64,000 nt of DNA from an uncultured bacterium (lineage in GTDB: Bacteria; Abyssobacteria; SURF-5). The stretch lies in contig CAZSKP010000005.1 of assembly GCA_964607485.1 (NCBI GenBank), positions 32,001 through 96,000 of the forward strand. Reading direction: 5' to 3'. The translations under genes were made by a program, and so were the position numbers. Numbering within the stretch: the stretch's first letter is position 1; each line of letters starts with the position of its first letter. Below are positions 10,098 to 20,512 of this stretch, one piece after another. The notes under the pieces were generated by a model. That model was not told where the DNA came from, did no database searches, and worked only from the letters and a program-made list of their open reading frames with translations.

Positions 10098-11012
10098 ATG
10101 CGGATGACAATGCCAGCCAAAAAAACGGACCAGCCACCGGCAGGCAGGTTGCGAAAGAAAGAGGAGGGGAAACTCCTCATACTCGAGGTGCTCGAACTGC
10201 CTACCATGTCGGTCGCCATGAACAAGCTTTTGAAGGTGGCGGGCAGCGACCGTTCCAGCGCCTCGGATATGGCAGAGGTCATATCACAAGACCCGTCGCT
10301 CACGGCGAATATTCTGAAGATTGCGAATTCCGCCTACTTCGGGCTTTCGCAAAAGGTGCCGACAGTTGCGCGGGCAATTGTTGTCCTGGGTTTCGATGCG
10401 GTCAAGAGCATTGCCCTGAGCGCATCGGTCATTGAGGCGTTCGACAAAGGTTCGGCGCGCGGCCATTTCGACCGGGGCAGGTTCTGGACTCATTCCCTCG
10501 CCTGCGCTTACCTTTCCAAGAAGATAGCCGCCATGACACATCGGGCCGAATTGGAAACCGCATTCGCCTGCGGACTTCTGCACGACATCGGAAAGATAGC
10601 GCTGGACATCTATTTTCCCGAAAGCTATCGCCGCGTCCTTGCGAAATTGACCGACGGAACGGCGACGTCGGTCGAGGCGGAAGATGAAATACTCGGGTTT
10701 ACCCACGCGGAAGTCGGCATGTGGATAGCCCAGCGCTGGAAATTTCCCAAGTCGATTGTGTTCAGCATTGCCAATCATCACGGCATGATAGCCGATGACG
10801 TGCGCTATAAGGGATTGACGGCGATGGTTCGCCTGGCCAATCACTTGTGTTTGCAGGAGGGGGTGTGCCTCGAAGACCAGGCCCTTGCCGAACCGTTTGA
10901 GAAGGAGATGGTCGATGGTCTCAAGCTGAAGGCCGACGACGTGGCTCAGCTACGGGAGATATTGACCACACGCAAGGATTCGTTCATGTCCTTTTTCTCG
11001 AGTTGGGATTGA
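10098..11012 (+). CDS. HDOD domain signalling protein
   Basis: LPTM, ISQDPSLTANILKIANSAYFG, FWTHS, GLLHDIGK, GFTHAEVG, WKFP. Confidence 0.93.
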   Translation: MRMTMPAKKTDQPPAGRLRKKEEGKLLILEVLELPTMSVAMNKLLKVAGSDRSSASDMAEVISQDPSLTANILKIANSAYFGLSQKVPTVARAIVVLGFDAVKSIALSASVIEAFDKGSARGHFDRGRFWTHSLACAYLSKKIAAMTHRAELETAFACGLLHDIGKIALDIYFPESYRRVLAKLTDGTATSVEAEDEILGFTHAEVGMWIAQRWKFPKSIVFSIANHHGMIADDVRYKGLTAMVRLANHLCLQEGVCLEDQALAEPFEKEMVDGLKLKADDVAQLREILTTRKDSFMSFFSSWD

Positions 11013-11036
11013 CTGCAAGGGAGAGGTGAGGAAACC

Positions 11037-12836
11037 TTGACAAGTTTTGAAGAGAGAGATCCTGCGGAACAGGGCCCTATGGACGGCTTAGGTTCGCATC
11101 GGTCCTGTGACGAGCTGAAGCTCCGCTATGAAGAAGTTCTCTCACAGCTTTGTCTTGCCAGTCGTCTGAACGAAGCGGTCTCGCTCGTGGAGAACCTGCC
11201 CGATCTTTGCATTTCGATCGTGAATGCAATTATCGAATTCACGGCCGCCGAGAACTGCTCCATAATGTTGAGCGATCCCGAGACGGGAAACCTCAGCCTT
11301 TCTGTGGCAAAGGGACGAGACGACAGGGGCTCTTTCTTCGGCACAGGCGAGGCCACCACGCAGGTATTCACCAGGGGGCAAGGCGCGGCGGGCTGGGCGG
11401 CCGAGAATGCGAAGATTCTCTCCATCGAAAACTGCGATCTTGACGATAGATTCATCAAGCTGGAGTCGGCCGTAAAAGAAATCAATTCGGTCATATGCGC
11501 TCCCATTGTCGCCGAAGGCTCGGTGATGGGAGTTATCAATTGCAGCCATCCGAAGAAGCGGCAGTTCAGCGAAATCGACAAGCGCAATGTAGCCCTCGTC
11601 GCCGAACGTGCGGCGGTGTTGCTCCAAAAGGCTCTGTCTGTCGATCATTTGAAGAAAGACTATCGGGAACTGGATAAACAGATGCATGAGAATGTCGAGC
11701 GCAATTCGAAAACCGAGAAGGCGCTCTCCGAACTGCGGCAGCAGCTCTACAAATCAGAAAAATTTGCCTCGCTCGGCGAGCTTCTGGCGGGAGTGGCGCA
11801 TGAGCTCAACAATCGCGTCGCTCCGATTCTCATTTATTCGCAGATGCTCCGACAACAGGGAACCGACAAGCAAGATGAGAAACGGCTCCGTGTCATCGAA
11901 GAATCGGCCGTTGGAGCGAAGGCGATTCTGGAGACGTTGCTCAACTACTCCCGGCCCGAACGGCAAGAGCGGCAGCCGATCAACCTCAATCAGACGCTCC
12001 AGAACACACTCACGCTGACAGAGTACAAATTGCGGAACCACGGGATCGAACTTTCGTTGGACCTTTGCCCGGAGCTTCCGCCGACGATGGTTACCGAAAA
12101 ACAGATCGGACAGGTGTTTCTGAATGTTATCAACAACTCCATTCATGCGATGGAGCAAAAGGGCGGGAAGCTGAAAATACGGTCCACCTACGGCAACGAC
12201 AATATCAGATTCGTCATCGCCGATTCGGGACCCGGCATACCACCGGAAATCTCCGAGAGTATTTTCGAGCCGTTTTTCACAACGAAAGAATCCGGCAAGG
12301 GAACCGGATTGGGACTGAGCATATCAAGGCGATATTTAGAGGATCATAAAGGCAGGATATTTCTTGATCCCGCATATCCCGACGGAGCCGCTTTCGTCAT
12401 CGAAATCCCTAGAATGGAACCAAAGAGAGAGACATCGCGCGGACAATTCCCGCTTCCGACCTGTTCGGAAAACGGTGTAAGAATACTCGTGGTCGACGAC
12501 GACTCCGCCATCCGCGACGTCATACGCGACGTGCTCGGCGCAGGGTATGATGTCGAATTTGCGACCGACGGCCGTGACGCCACGACCAAGATTGAAAACG
12601 ACCTCTTCGACCTGCTCGTCGTGGACTATCACATGCCCGGCTTCGATGGGAGACAGCTTTACGAATGGGTTGTGAATAACCGGCCTTCTCTGAAGGACCG
12701 GACAATATTCAGCACCGGCGACATATACCGGGAGGATATTCGCGATTTCATCGAGAGCACCGGCTGTCGTTGTCTCATCAAACCGTTTTCCACGGCCGAC
12801 CTCCGGGAGATAGTATCGGGCGCGCTGAAGGTTTGA
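11037..12836 (+). CDS. Hybrid histidine kinase (GAF-HisKA-HATPase-REC)
   Basis: GAF domain, [10 protein letters not shown]-box, DSGPGI, PFFTTK, GTGLGL, C-terminal REC (VVDDD, DYHMP, KPF). Confidence 0.94.
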   Translation: MTSFEERDPAEQGPMDGLGSHRSCDELKLRYEEVLSQLCLASRLNEAVSLVENLPDLCISIVNAIIEFTAAENCSIMLSDPETGNLSLSVAKGRDDRGSFFGTGEATTQVFTRGQGAAGWAAENAKILSIENCDLDDRFIKLESAVKEINSVICAPIVAEGSVMGVINCSHPKKRQFSEIDKRNVALVAERAAVLLQKALSVDHLKKDYRELDKQMHENVERNSKTEKALSELRQQLYKSEKFASLGELLAGVAHELNNRVAPILIYSQMLRQQGTDKQDEKRLRVIEESAVGAKAILETLLNYSRPERQERQPINLNQTLQNTLTLTEYKLRNHGIELSLDLCPELPPTMVTEKQIGQVFLNVINNSIHAMEQKGGKLKIRSTYGNDNIRFVIADSGPGIPPEISESIFEPFFTTKESGKGTGLGLSISRRYLEDHKGRIFLDPAYPDGAAFVIEIPRMEPKRETSRGQFPLPTCSENGVRILVVDDDSAIRDVIRDVLGAGYDVEFATDGRDATTKIENDLFDLLVVDYHMPGFDGRQLYEWVVNNRPSLKDRTIFSTGDIYREDIRDFIESTGCRCLIKPFSTADLREIVSGALKV

Positions 12837-12936
12837 GCGTATGCGCGGCACTGACGATTCCGTCCCATATGCTGTGGAGCGGCTGCAAAGTCTCCAGGAG
12901 ATAATCCGCCATCTGCCCTGAGAGGGAACCGCCCCA

Positions 12937-14532
12937 ATGAAAGGGTCCGCCAGAATAATTCTCTTCGACCAGGACACGGAAAGCCGAACTCAAGCTGCGG
13001 CCTGCCTTGCAGGGAGAGGATACAAACTCGCCCAATTCTCCACCTCGGATGAGACGCTGGCGGCGGTCAGGCGATTGCCGGCGGATATCGTGCTCCTCGA
13101 CCTGGACGTAAACGAGATTCACGGGATGGAAATAATCATGGAGGCCAAGGCGAACAATCCGGAGATTTCGATCATTCTGATGGGCACGCAGGATGCGGCC
13201 GAGAGAAATCCGAATATGCTGATGTTCGCCGGATATGAGTTTGTGCTGAAACCACTTCGCGAGGATGTCCTGGGCACGGCTATAGAACAGCGGCTCAACC
13301 AGCAGCATCTCTACCGCATCTGTTCCGCGCTGAGCACGGAACTCGACGTGAACAACGTGTTGAACGTGCTTCTGCGGAGCACCTTGCAGGAGGTCGATGC
13401 GGACCAGGCGGTGGTATTGCTAAGGGATGACTCCTCCGACCGTTTGCGAGTCGAGGCGGCGGCGGGCCTGCCGGAGGGAATTGTCGGCACAACGTGCGAG
13501 GCGGATGATGCAGGCATAGTGGGCCTGGTGTTTGCCAACAATGAACCGATTGTGTCACAGGGCGGGTTTGCTCGCCTTCCGTTCATTCCGGAAGAGCTCA
13601 ACCGCGAGATCGAATCGAGCATATGCGTCCCGATTCGAATCGGGGGGAAAACCATAGGAATGCTGAACGTGAATCGGTTGGGCGTATCCGAACCGTTTTG
13701 CCAGAGCCAACTGCGAACCGTTGAGATAGTGGCGCTGCAAACCGCCGTGGCCGTGCAGAACGCGCGTGCGCATCACTATGCGCTCGAACGCCAAAGGATG
13801 GAGCACGAGCTCGAATTGGCCAGGGCGATCCAGCAAAGCCTCTTTCCGAAAATTTCCGGCTATGAGCGATACGCCGACATCGTCTCCGAAAATATCCCCG
13901 CTAACATGGTTGGAGGCGACTTCTTCGATTTCGTCGAGCTTGACCCCGACCGTTTTGGAGTCGTCATCGGCGACGTGGCCGGCAAGGGTATTCCGGGAGC
14001 GCTGCTGATGGTCCGCGCCATCAGCAACTTCAGGCTTCGGGCGCGCCCCGGCCAGGAGCCGGGCAAGGTGCTTGGGGAACTCAACAACGACCTGATCGAA
14101 AGCAACACGCACGGCATGTACGTGACCGCAATTTATGCGGTCTTCGATTTCGGCCGGGGAGTCCTCCGGTTCGCCAACGCGGGCCATCCTCCCCTTTTTC
14201 TCTGCCGGTCGTCCTCGGAGACCTTGGAGTGTTTCGACGCCTCGTCGGGCATTCCGATGGGCATCCTGAAAGATACCAGGTACGAGACGGCTGAGTTGCC
14301 TCTCGAGCCCGGCTGTCTCGCGTTCCTGTATACCGACGGAATCATCGAGGCCAGAAATCCGGACAGGGACGACTTCTCGCTTGCGCGGCTTAAGAGGCTG
14401 GTGAACGTTCGTCCGCTTCATGCCCGAAAGCTCTGCGAATGCGTGATGGGCGAGTTGATGGCCTTCACCGCCGGCAGACCTCACCACGACGACCTCACCC
14501 TGCTCGCCGTCGGAGTCAAACACACCGCTTGA
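12937..14532 (+). CDS. REC-GAF-SpoIIE (PP2C/RsbU-type) phosphatase
   Basis: ARAIQ, VGGDFFD, IGDVAGKG, NAGHPP, YTDGIIEA, DDLTL. Confidence 0.93.
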   Translation: MKGSARIILFDQDTESRTQAAACLAGRGYKLAQFSTSDETLAAVRRLPADIVLLDLDVNEIHGMEIIMEAKANNPEISIILMGTQDAAERNPNMLMFAGYEFVLKPLREDVLGTAIEQRLNQQHLYRICSALSTELDVNNVLNVLLRSTLQEVDADQAVVLLRDDSSDRLRVEAAAGLPEGIVGTTCEADDAGIVGLVFANNEPIVSQGGFARLPFIPEELNREIESSICVPIRIGGKTIGMLNVNRLGVSEPFCQSQLRTVEIVALQTAVAVQNARAHHYALERQRMEHELELARAIQQSLFPKISGYERYADIVSENIPANMVGGDFFDFVELDPDRFGVVIGDVAGKGIPGALLMVRAISNFRLRARPGQEPGKVLGELNNDLIESNTHGMYVTAIYAVFDFGRGVLRFANAGHPPLFLCRSSSETLECFDASSGIPMGILKDTRYETAELPLEPGCLAFLYTDGIIEARNPDRDDFSLARLKRLVNVRPLHARKLCECVMGELMAFTAGRPHHDDLTLLAVGVKHTA

Positions 14533-14733
14533 GAATGCAGCTCTTGAGGTTCTATTTCTGACGGCCGTTCCTCGCGATTCTTGCTTGTTCATCTTCCGTT
14601 GTTCGACATCCCCGCAACACGCCCGATGCCTCGCGTAGGATAATGGACAAACAAAGCCGGAAACCCATATAATAGTTGTGAGACACATCGGGAAATTCCG
14701 GGCATAATACAAGCAGGGAGGACCGCAAGAAGA

Positions 14734-15024
14734 GTGAAACTCTGTCACAGATGCGGCACAGCATGGGTGTCGGAACACCGGTTTCCCGGCCGGACCGAAA
14801 CGTGCATGAAATGCGGGTACGACCTTTACTGCTGCCTCAACTGTAAGCTCTACGACCCACGCGCGCCCAACCAGTGCAAGAGCCCCACCACCGAGCTTGT
14901 GCTGGACAAGGAGAAGGCCAACTTCTGCGATGAGTTCGAGTTTGCGGAGGACAGAAAACCGGAGGAACGCGAGGGCCAGAAACGGAAAGGCAGAGAAGCC
15001 TGGGAGAGACTGTTCGGGGATTGA
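14734..15024 (+). CDS. Small Cys-rich (zinc-ribbon-like) hypothetical protein
   Basis: CHRC, CMKC, CCLNC..Y, C, NFCDEF, WERLF. GGAGG upstream of GTG. Confidence 0.8.
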   Translation: MKLCHRCGTAWVSEHRFPGRTETCMKCGYDLYCCLNCKLYDPRAPNQCKSPTTELVLDKEKANFCDEFEFAEDRKPEEREGQKRKGREAWERLFGD

Positions 15025-15108
15025 TAATCTCGAAGTTGAAATTTTGCGAGAAATGAACGGTTCAGGGAAGAGCGGAACTGTTCTCGTCACGCTAGAAAGA
15101 CCGAAGAT

Positions 15109-16770
15109 ATGACCAAACAGGGAGGATACCTCGTAGCAAAGGCGCTGAGGAATGAGGGAGTCGAGTGCATATTTACGCTCTGCGGCGGCCACATCCAGCC
15201 CATCTACCCCGGCTGCGCGGAGATGGGCATAAAGGTCGTTGACGTTCGTCACGAGCAGGCGGCCACGCACGCGGCCGACGGATGGGCGCGCGTCACACGC
15301 AAGCCCGGAGTCGCGGTCGTGACCGCCGGGCCCGGCCTCACGAATTCGGTCACCGGAATAGCCAACGCCATGCGTGCCGGCAGCCCGATACTCGTCATCG
15401 GCGGTCAAGCGCCTCTGTTTCAGTTCGACAGAGGCTCTCTGCAGGAGATGAACCACGTAGAGCTGCTCAGACCGATTACAAAGTGGGCGAAACGCGTGCA
15501 CCAGACGAGCCGCATCCCCGAATACATCGGCGACGCGTTCCGCGAGGCCACGGCCGGCAGACCGGGCCCCGTCTTTCTGGAGATTCCGCTGGACATACTC
15601 GTCCTCTCCGAAGACGAAAACAGCGTCGTCTTCCCCACGGATTCCGCGGCGCGAGCGCGAGTCTGCGGCGACCCGGCTCGGGTCGAGCGAGCGGCCGAGT
15701 TGCTCGACGCGTCTGAAAGGCCCGTGATAATGGCGGGCAGCGCAATCTGGTGGGACGACGCGGGCTCGGTCGTGGAAAAGCTTGCTGACAACCTCGCTGC
15801 TCCCATATACGTGAACGGGATGGCGCGCGGTTGCATCGACCCCGAACATCCGCTCCAGCTCTCCCACACGCGGAGCAAAGCGCTCGGAGGAGCCGACGTG
15901 ATCCTCGTCGTCGGGGCCGAGTTTGATTTTCGGCTGGCCTATGGGCAATCGGGCCTGATCAATCCGTCGGCGAAGCTCATACAAATAAATATCGAGCCGA
16001 CCGAGATAGGACACAACCGCTCCGTCGATGTGGGAATCGTCGGCGACACCCGGTCCGTCCTCGACCAGCTCTGCGAGGCGTTGGGCCGATTACAAACCTC
16101 GTCGCAACGTGAGGCGTGGGTGAAAGGGCTGATGGCGGAGGAGGACAGAGAGCTTGAACGCATGGAGGCGCATCTGCAATCGGAGGACGTTCCCATTCAT
16201 CCGGCCCGGCTGTGCCGCGAGGTGGATAAGTTTCTGGACAGTGAGGCTATCATAGTCGGCGACGGCGGCGACATCGTCTCGCTGGGGGCGCGCATTATCC
16301 GCCCGCGCGCTCCCGGACACTGGCTCGACCCCGGCCCCTTCGGCTGTCTCGGCATGGGGCTGCCGTTCGGCCTGGCGGCAGGGCTGGCCAAGCCCGACAA
16401 ACAACTGCTCCTGCTTTATGGTGATGGCTCCTTCGGGTTCAATGGGATGGAGATCGACACCGCCGTGAGGTTCAAGCTGCCGATGGTGGTAGTTATCGGA
16501 AACGACGGCGGCTGGGGCCAGATGCGTTACGGAGTCGAGGCCATGGGACTGGGCGAGCAGGACCCCGTCGCCACCGAGCTGGGCTTCACGCACTATGAGA
16601 GAATGGTCGAGGCTTTGGGAGGCTTCGGCGAATATGTCGAGAAACCATCGGACATAAGGCCAACTCTTGAACGAGCGTTCGAGAGCGGCCTGCCGGCATG
16701 CGTGAACGTCAAAATCGACCCTCAGGGGACGCATCAAATGTTGAGTGCAACCAGGGGAATGGTAGGCTAA
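15109..16770 (+). CDS. Thiamine-diphosphate enzyme, acetolactate synthase-like / 2-hydroxyacyl-CoA lyase-like
   Basis: LCGGHI, RHEQAA, TAGPG, ThDP motif GDGSFGF...N. Confidence 0.9.
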   Translation: MTKQGGYLVAKALRNEGVECIFTLCGGHIQPIYPGCAEMGIKVVDVRHEQAATHAADGWARVTRKPGVAVVTAGPGLTNSVTGIANAMRAGSPILVIGGQAPLFQFDRGSLQEMNHVELLRPITKWAKRVHQTSRIPEYIGDAFREATAGRPGPVFLEIPLDILVLSEDENSVVFPTDSAARARVCGDPARVERAAELLDASERPVIMAGSAIWWDDAGSVVEKLADNLAAPIYVNGMARGCIDPEHPLQLSHTRSKALGGADVILVVGAEFDFRLAYGQSGLINPSAKLIQINIEPTEIGHNRSVDVGIVGDTRSVLDQLCEALGRLQTSSQREAWVKGLMAEEDRELERMEAHLQSEDVPIHPARLCREVDKFLDSEAIIVGDGGDIVSLGARIIRPRAPGHWLDPGPFGCLGMGLPFGLAAGLAKPDKQLLLLYGDGSFGFNGMEIDTAVRFKLPMVVVIGNDGGWGQMRYGVEAMGLGEQDPVATELGFTHYERMVEALGGFGEYVEKPSDIRPTLERAFESGLPACVNVKIDPQGTHQMLSATRGMVG

Positions 16771-16794
16771 ACGATTGTTAAGGAGGCGGCTTGT

Positions 16795-18423
16795 ATACAT
16801 AACCTGTACGGGGATACGCTCGGACTAAAAGCTAATCAAGTTCGACAACTGGAACGTATCTACAGACGAAAAATCACGCCCGATAGGATTGTCTCTCACG
16901 AGGTCGCCCGGATGCTGACCGAGCTTGCAAACGAAATCCGAAGACAGATCGGCATCCTGGTTGACCGAAAGGGGAGGGTCGCATATGTAATCGTGGGAGA
17001 CTCGAAATCGGTGTTCCTACCCGACCTCGAAAGGGACTATCCTGCCTCCAACCACCGGCTGCGCGGCCTCAGACTCATCCACACCCACCTCCGGGGGGAG
17101 CCCCTGAACGACGACGACCTCACGGACCTTGCTCTGCTGAGGCTCGACATGGTGGTGGCCGTGGGCGTGGGCTCCGACGGTCTGCCGGAGATGGCTCACG
17201 CCGCCCATGTGCTACCCCTGAATCCGCAGGGGAAAAAATGGCGACTCCTTGAACCGCGACATCCCGCGCAGTTGGACACGGACTTTCTCGGCCTCATCAG
17301 TTCGCTTGAGGAAGAGATTGCCCGAAGCCAGCCGGGTCGGGCGCACAGGACCAACGACAGCCGCGCGATACTGGTGAGCGTGACCGCTTCGCCATCGTAT
17401 GACGCCGAGGAGTCGCTGGAGGAGCTTCGACAGCTGGCGCTGACCTCGAATGTCAACGTCGTCGATACGGTCATACAACGCCGCCATGCGGTCGATCCCC
17501 GGTTTCTCATGGGGAGGGGCAAAATGAAGGACCTGGTCTCCCGTTCCATGCAGGTCGGAGCCGACATCCTGATTTTTGACCAGAACCTGAATCCTTCCCA
17601 GCTCCGCGCCACCACCGACATGACCGAACTCAAGGTGCTCGACCGGACCCAGCTCATCCTCGACATCTTCGCTCAACACGCCCACAGCACGGACGGCAAG
17701 ATACAGGTCGAGCTGGCGCAGCTCAAGTATCTGCTCCCGAGGCTCGTGACGAAAAATACCGCCATGTCGCGCCTGACCGGCGGCATCGGCGGCCGGGGTC
17801 CCGGTGAGACGAAGCTGGAGATAAATCGCCGCCGGGCTCGCGACAGGATTGTTCATCTCGAGAAAATGCTCCGCAGCTCGGCGCAAAGCCGGAAGCTGAG
17901 GCGCAATCGTCGCCGCAGGGAGGGGCTGCCGATAATCTCGATAGTCGGCTACACCAACGCTGGCAAATCGACGTTGCTGAATTCGCTCACGAACAGCAAC
18001 GTCGTTGTTGAAGACAAGCTGTTCGCTACGCTGGACACGGCCACCCGTCGGCTGAGATTTCCCCGGGAGAGGGAGGTAATAATCACCGATACCGTCGGGT
18101 TCATAAGGGACCTCCCGCCGGAACTGATGGCGGCCTTCAAGGCCACGCTCGAGGAGCTGGAGGACGCCGACCTGCTGCTCCACGTCGCCGACGCAAGCAG
18201 TCCATACATTGAAAATCACGCGCAGGTCGTGGAAAAGACACTGGGGGAGCTGGGCTTCACCGGCAAACCTCGGCTGCTTGCCCTCAACAAAATCGACAGA
18301 ATCCCCGCCGAAACGGCGGCCAATCTGGCGCGAGGATTGGGCGGGGTCGCCATTTGCGCTCTCGACCGCAGCTCGCTTTTCCCGCTCATCGAGAGGATGG
18401 ACGCCATCTTGTGGCCGGAATAG
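16795..18423 (+). CDS. hflX: GTPase HflX (long N-terminal form), probable ATA start
   Basis: DRTQLILDIFAQHA, GGRGPGETKLE, GYTNAGKST, DKLFATLD, DTVGF, NKID. The frame extends upstream of the ORF-track start to an ATA 8 nt after AGGAGG. Confidence 0.93.
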   Translation: MHNLYGDTLGLKANQVRQLERIYRRKITPDRIVSHEVARMLTELANEIRRQIGILVDRKGRVAYVIVGDSKSVFLPDLERDYPASNHRLRGLRLIHTHLRGEPLNDDDLTDLALLRLDMVVAVGVGSDGLPEMAHAAHVLPLNPQGKKWRLLEPRHPAQLDTDFLGLISSLEEEIARSQPGRAHRTNDSRAILVSVTASPSYDAEESLEELRQLALTSNVNVVDTVIQRRHAVDPRFLMGRGKMKDLVSRSMQVGADILIFDQNLNPSQLRATTDMTELKVLDRTQLILDIFAQHAHSTDGKIQVELAQLKYLLPRLVTKNTAMSRLTGGIGGRGPGETKLEINRRRARDRIVHLEKMLRSSAQSRKLRRNRRRREGLPIISIVGYTNAGKSTLLNSLTNSNVVVEDKLFATLDTATRRLRFPREREVIITDTVGFIRDLPPELMAAFKATLEELEDADLLLHVADASSPYIENHAQVVEKTLGELGFTGKPRLLALNKIDRIPAETAANLARGLGGVAICALDRSSLFPLIERMDAILWPE

Positions 18424-18446
18424 ATACTACTCGGAACAGTCAATAG

Positions 18447-18547
18447 TCGTCATTCTGAGCGCAGCGAAGAATCTCAAAGATTGTGACGGGTCCGGCCGAA
18501 AACGAGATCCTTCACTTGGGCCTGCGGCCCTTCGTTCAGGATGACGA
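18447..18547. repeat. Palindromic intergenic repeat element (REP/MITE-like)
   Basis: Terminal IRs tcgtcattctga...tcaggatgacga with internal gaagaatctc/gagatccttc pairing. Confidence 0.75.
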
Positions 18548-18606
18548 AAGTGTGAAGTAGATATTGCTCCCAATAGATAAATCTTTTCGGCGACTCAGTC
18601 GTTTAT

Positions 18607-19257
18607 ATGTATGGAAAGACAGGTGAACGTCCGGAGAAGGGGAACGCCGTCTTGTTCGGGAACATCCCTGACGAAGTCTTGATGCAGAGATATGCGAAGG
18701 GGGACATCGAGGCCTTCGAGGAGCTTGTCTATCGCCATCGGAGGCCGTTGTTCGGATATCTCTGTCGAATGCTGGGAAATCGAGAACATGCCGAGGACAC
18801 GTTTCAGGAGGTATTCGTCCGGGTGATAAACTCCCGAAGCCGGTACAAGAAGAGCGCGAAGTTCACCACGTGGCTGTACAGGATCGCGCACAACGCGTGC
18901 ATCGACGCGCTCCGGCGGGAGGGTTACAGGAAGACCGAGTCTCTCTTTGACCCGGCAGGCGCAGGGACCGACGGCGAGGTGAAGTTGCAGGATGTGATAC
19001 CAAGCGCCAACCCCGGTCCGGACGAGGCGCTTGCAACACAGCAGTTGTCGGAAACGCTCAAGAAATGCGTTTCGCGTCTGACCCCGGAACAGAGGGAGGT
19101 ATTCGTGCTGAGGCAGTATCAGAACCTTCCTTTCCGAGAGATAGCCCGTGCGACCCGGACCACCGAGAGCACGGTGAAGAGCAGGATGCGATACGCCCTC
19201 AACAACCTTCGCGCCATGCTCGTTGAGGAGCGCATCGTCGAGGAGGTGGCCCCGTAA
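18607..19257 (+). CDS. ECF RNA polymerase sigma factor
   Basis: AEDTFQEVF, FTTWLYRIAHN, QREVFVLR, TVKSRMRYA. Confidence 0.95.
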   Translation: MYGKTGERPEKGNAVLFGNIPDEVLMQRYAKGDIEAFEELVYRHRRPLFGYLCRMLGNREHAEDTFQEVFVRVINSRSRYKKSAKFTTWLYRIAHNACIDALRREGYRKTESLFDPAGAGTDGEVKLQDVIPSANPGPDEALATQQLSETLKKCVSRLTPEQREVFVLRQYQNLPFREIARATRTTESTVKSRMRYALNNLRAMLVEERIVEEVAP

Positions 19258-19258
19258 C

Positions 19259-20509
19259 ATGAATTGCCGCAAAGCACGGTCGCTGATGCTTGATTATCTG
19301 TACGACGACCTTGGGCTGCGCAAGCAGAAGGCTTTCAAGAAACACCTGCAGGTGTGCGCCAAATGCTCCAAGGAACTCGCCGCCCACGAGGACACCGTCT
19401 CGATTTTCCACGGATTGCCCATGGAAGAACCGCCGGAGGGTATCGAGGTAAAGATGGCGGCCATAGCAGCCATCGTGGATGAAGAGGCCGAACGCCGCGA
19501 ACGCGCCCGCGCGAGAACCCCTCGCTATTGGAGGCCGGCCCTCGCGGCTGCCGCGGCCGCTGCGCTCGTCGTCACCACCGTCGTGTACTATCTGCCCCGG
19601 GCCGCGAGCGAGAGGATGGCCGCGCGGAAGTCACAGGTAGCGTGGCAGGGGGGAGAAGTGTCGGAGCAACCGAAACCGGCGGCGGCCCTCTCCAAGGACG
19701 GAGCTTTCGAGGGAGAGAAGGGCGCAAGGGCCTACAAGGCCCACAAAGTGGACTTCGGTCTCGGCGCGACGTCGGACAGCCTCGGAAACGAGGTTTCACG
19801 CAGCGAGATTGCCACGGAGGAGTATCGGGGGAGGGACCTTAAGTATTCGGCTCCCGCCATGGCCTCGCCGGCCCCTGCCGCCGAACGTCCGCTTGCGAGG
19901 CGCGAACTTCGCTCGCGAACCGGTGAGGCGTCTGCTCAGTTGCCGGCTGATGAGGAAGTGGTTGCCGGCTCAATCAGCGCTCCGGCTAAGATCGCCGAAT
20001 CCCAGGATGTTCTGTCCGGCGCGAAAGAGCCGGCCAAGCAGGAGCCGGACATCGCGGCGGTCGAGGAGGCTCCGAAAGAGCAGGAAGCAAAAGATAGAGC
20101 GGCGAAGGTCGAGCTTGCCGAGGGCAATGCATACTTCGACAGGCTCGATTACGATCAGGCCGCGACGCACTATGAAAGAGTCATCGACCTTGAGGCCCAG
20201 GAGGAACTCACGGCGGAGGCGCGGTATCGGCTCGGCCAAAGCTACCAGGAAATGAAACAGTGGGAAAAGGCCGTCGCCGCGTATGAAGAAATCATCAAGA
20301 ATGAGCCCGATTCCCCCGAATTGGGTGAGGTGTATATCGCCGTCGGCGAATGTTACCTTGCGATGGGCAGGACAGAGGATGCGTTGCACAGCTTCGAGAC
20401 CGTCCGCGACCGGTTCCCGGCCCTGCGTGAACTCGCGCTTGAGAAGATCGACCTCGCCGTCTCACAACAGAAAAAGACCGAGAGAGCGAACCAACCGCCT
20501 CCTCCCTGA
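19259..20509 (+). CDS. Zinc-finger (ZAS) anti-sigma factor with TM helix and C-terminal TPRs
   Basis: MNC...HLQVCAKC, hydrophobic helix, low-complexity linker, about 3 TPR repeats. Starts 1 nt after the sigma stop. Confidence 0.88.
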   Translation: MNCRKARSLMLDYLYDDLGLRKQKAFKKHLQVCAKCSKELAAHEDTVSIFHGLPMEEPPEGIEVKMAAIAAIVDEEAERRERARARTPRYWRPALAAAAAAALVVTTVVYYLPRAASERMAARKSQVAWQGGEVSEQPKPAAALSKDGAFEGEKGARAYKAHKVDFGLGATSDSLGNEVSRSEIATEEYRGRDLKYSAPAMASPAPAAERPLARRELRSRTGEASAQLPADEEVVAGSISAPAKIAESQDVLSGAKEPAKQEPDIAAVEEAPKEQEAKDRAAKVELAEGNAYFDRLDYDQAATHYERVIDLEAQEELTAEARYRLGQSYQEMKQWEKAVAAYEEIIKNEPDSPELGEVYIAVGECYLAMGRTEDALHSFETVRDRFPALRELALEKIDLAVSQQKKTERANQPPPP

Positions 20510-20512
20510 CGC

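Noticed and set aside
13555-16014. 819-aa minus-strand ORF (likewise 5121-6497, 3215-4549, 8613-9863, 41418-42668, 53426-54670)
   Set aside because: These lie antisense to well-supported genes and show no recognisable domains.
16768-16795. Read-through fusion of the ThDP enzyme and HflX (same frame)
   Set aside because: The stop is TAA, not TGA or TAG, and a strong RBS precedes hflX.
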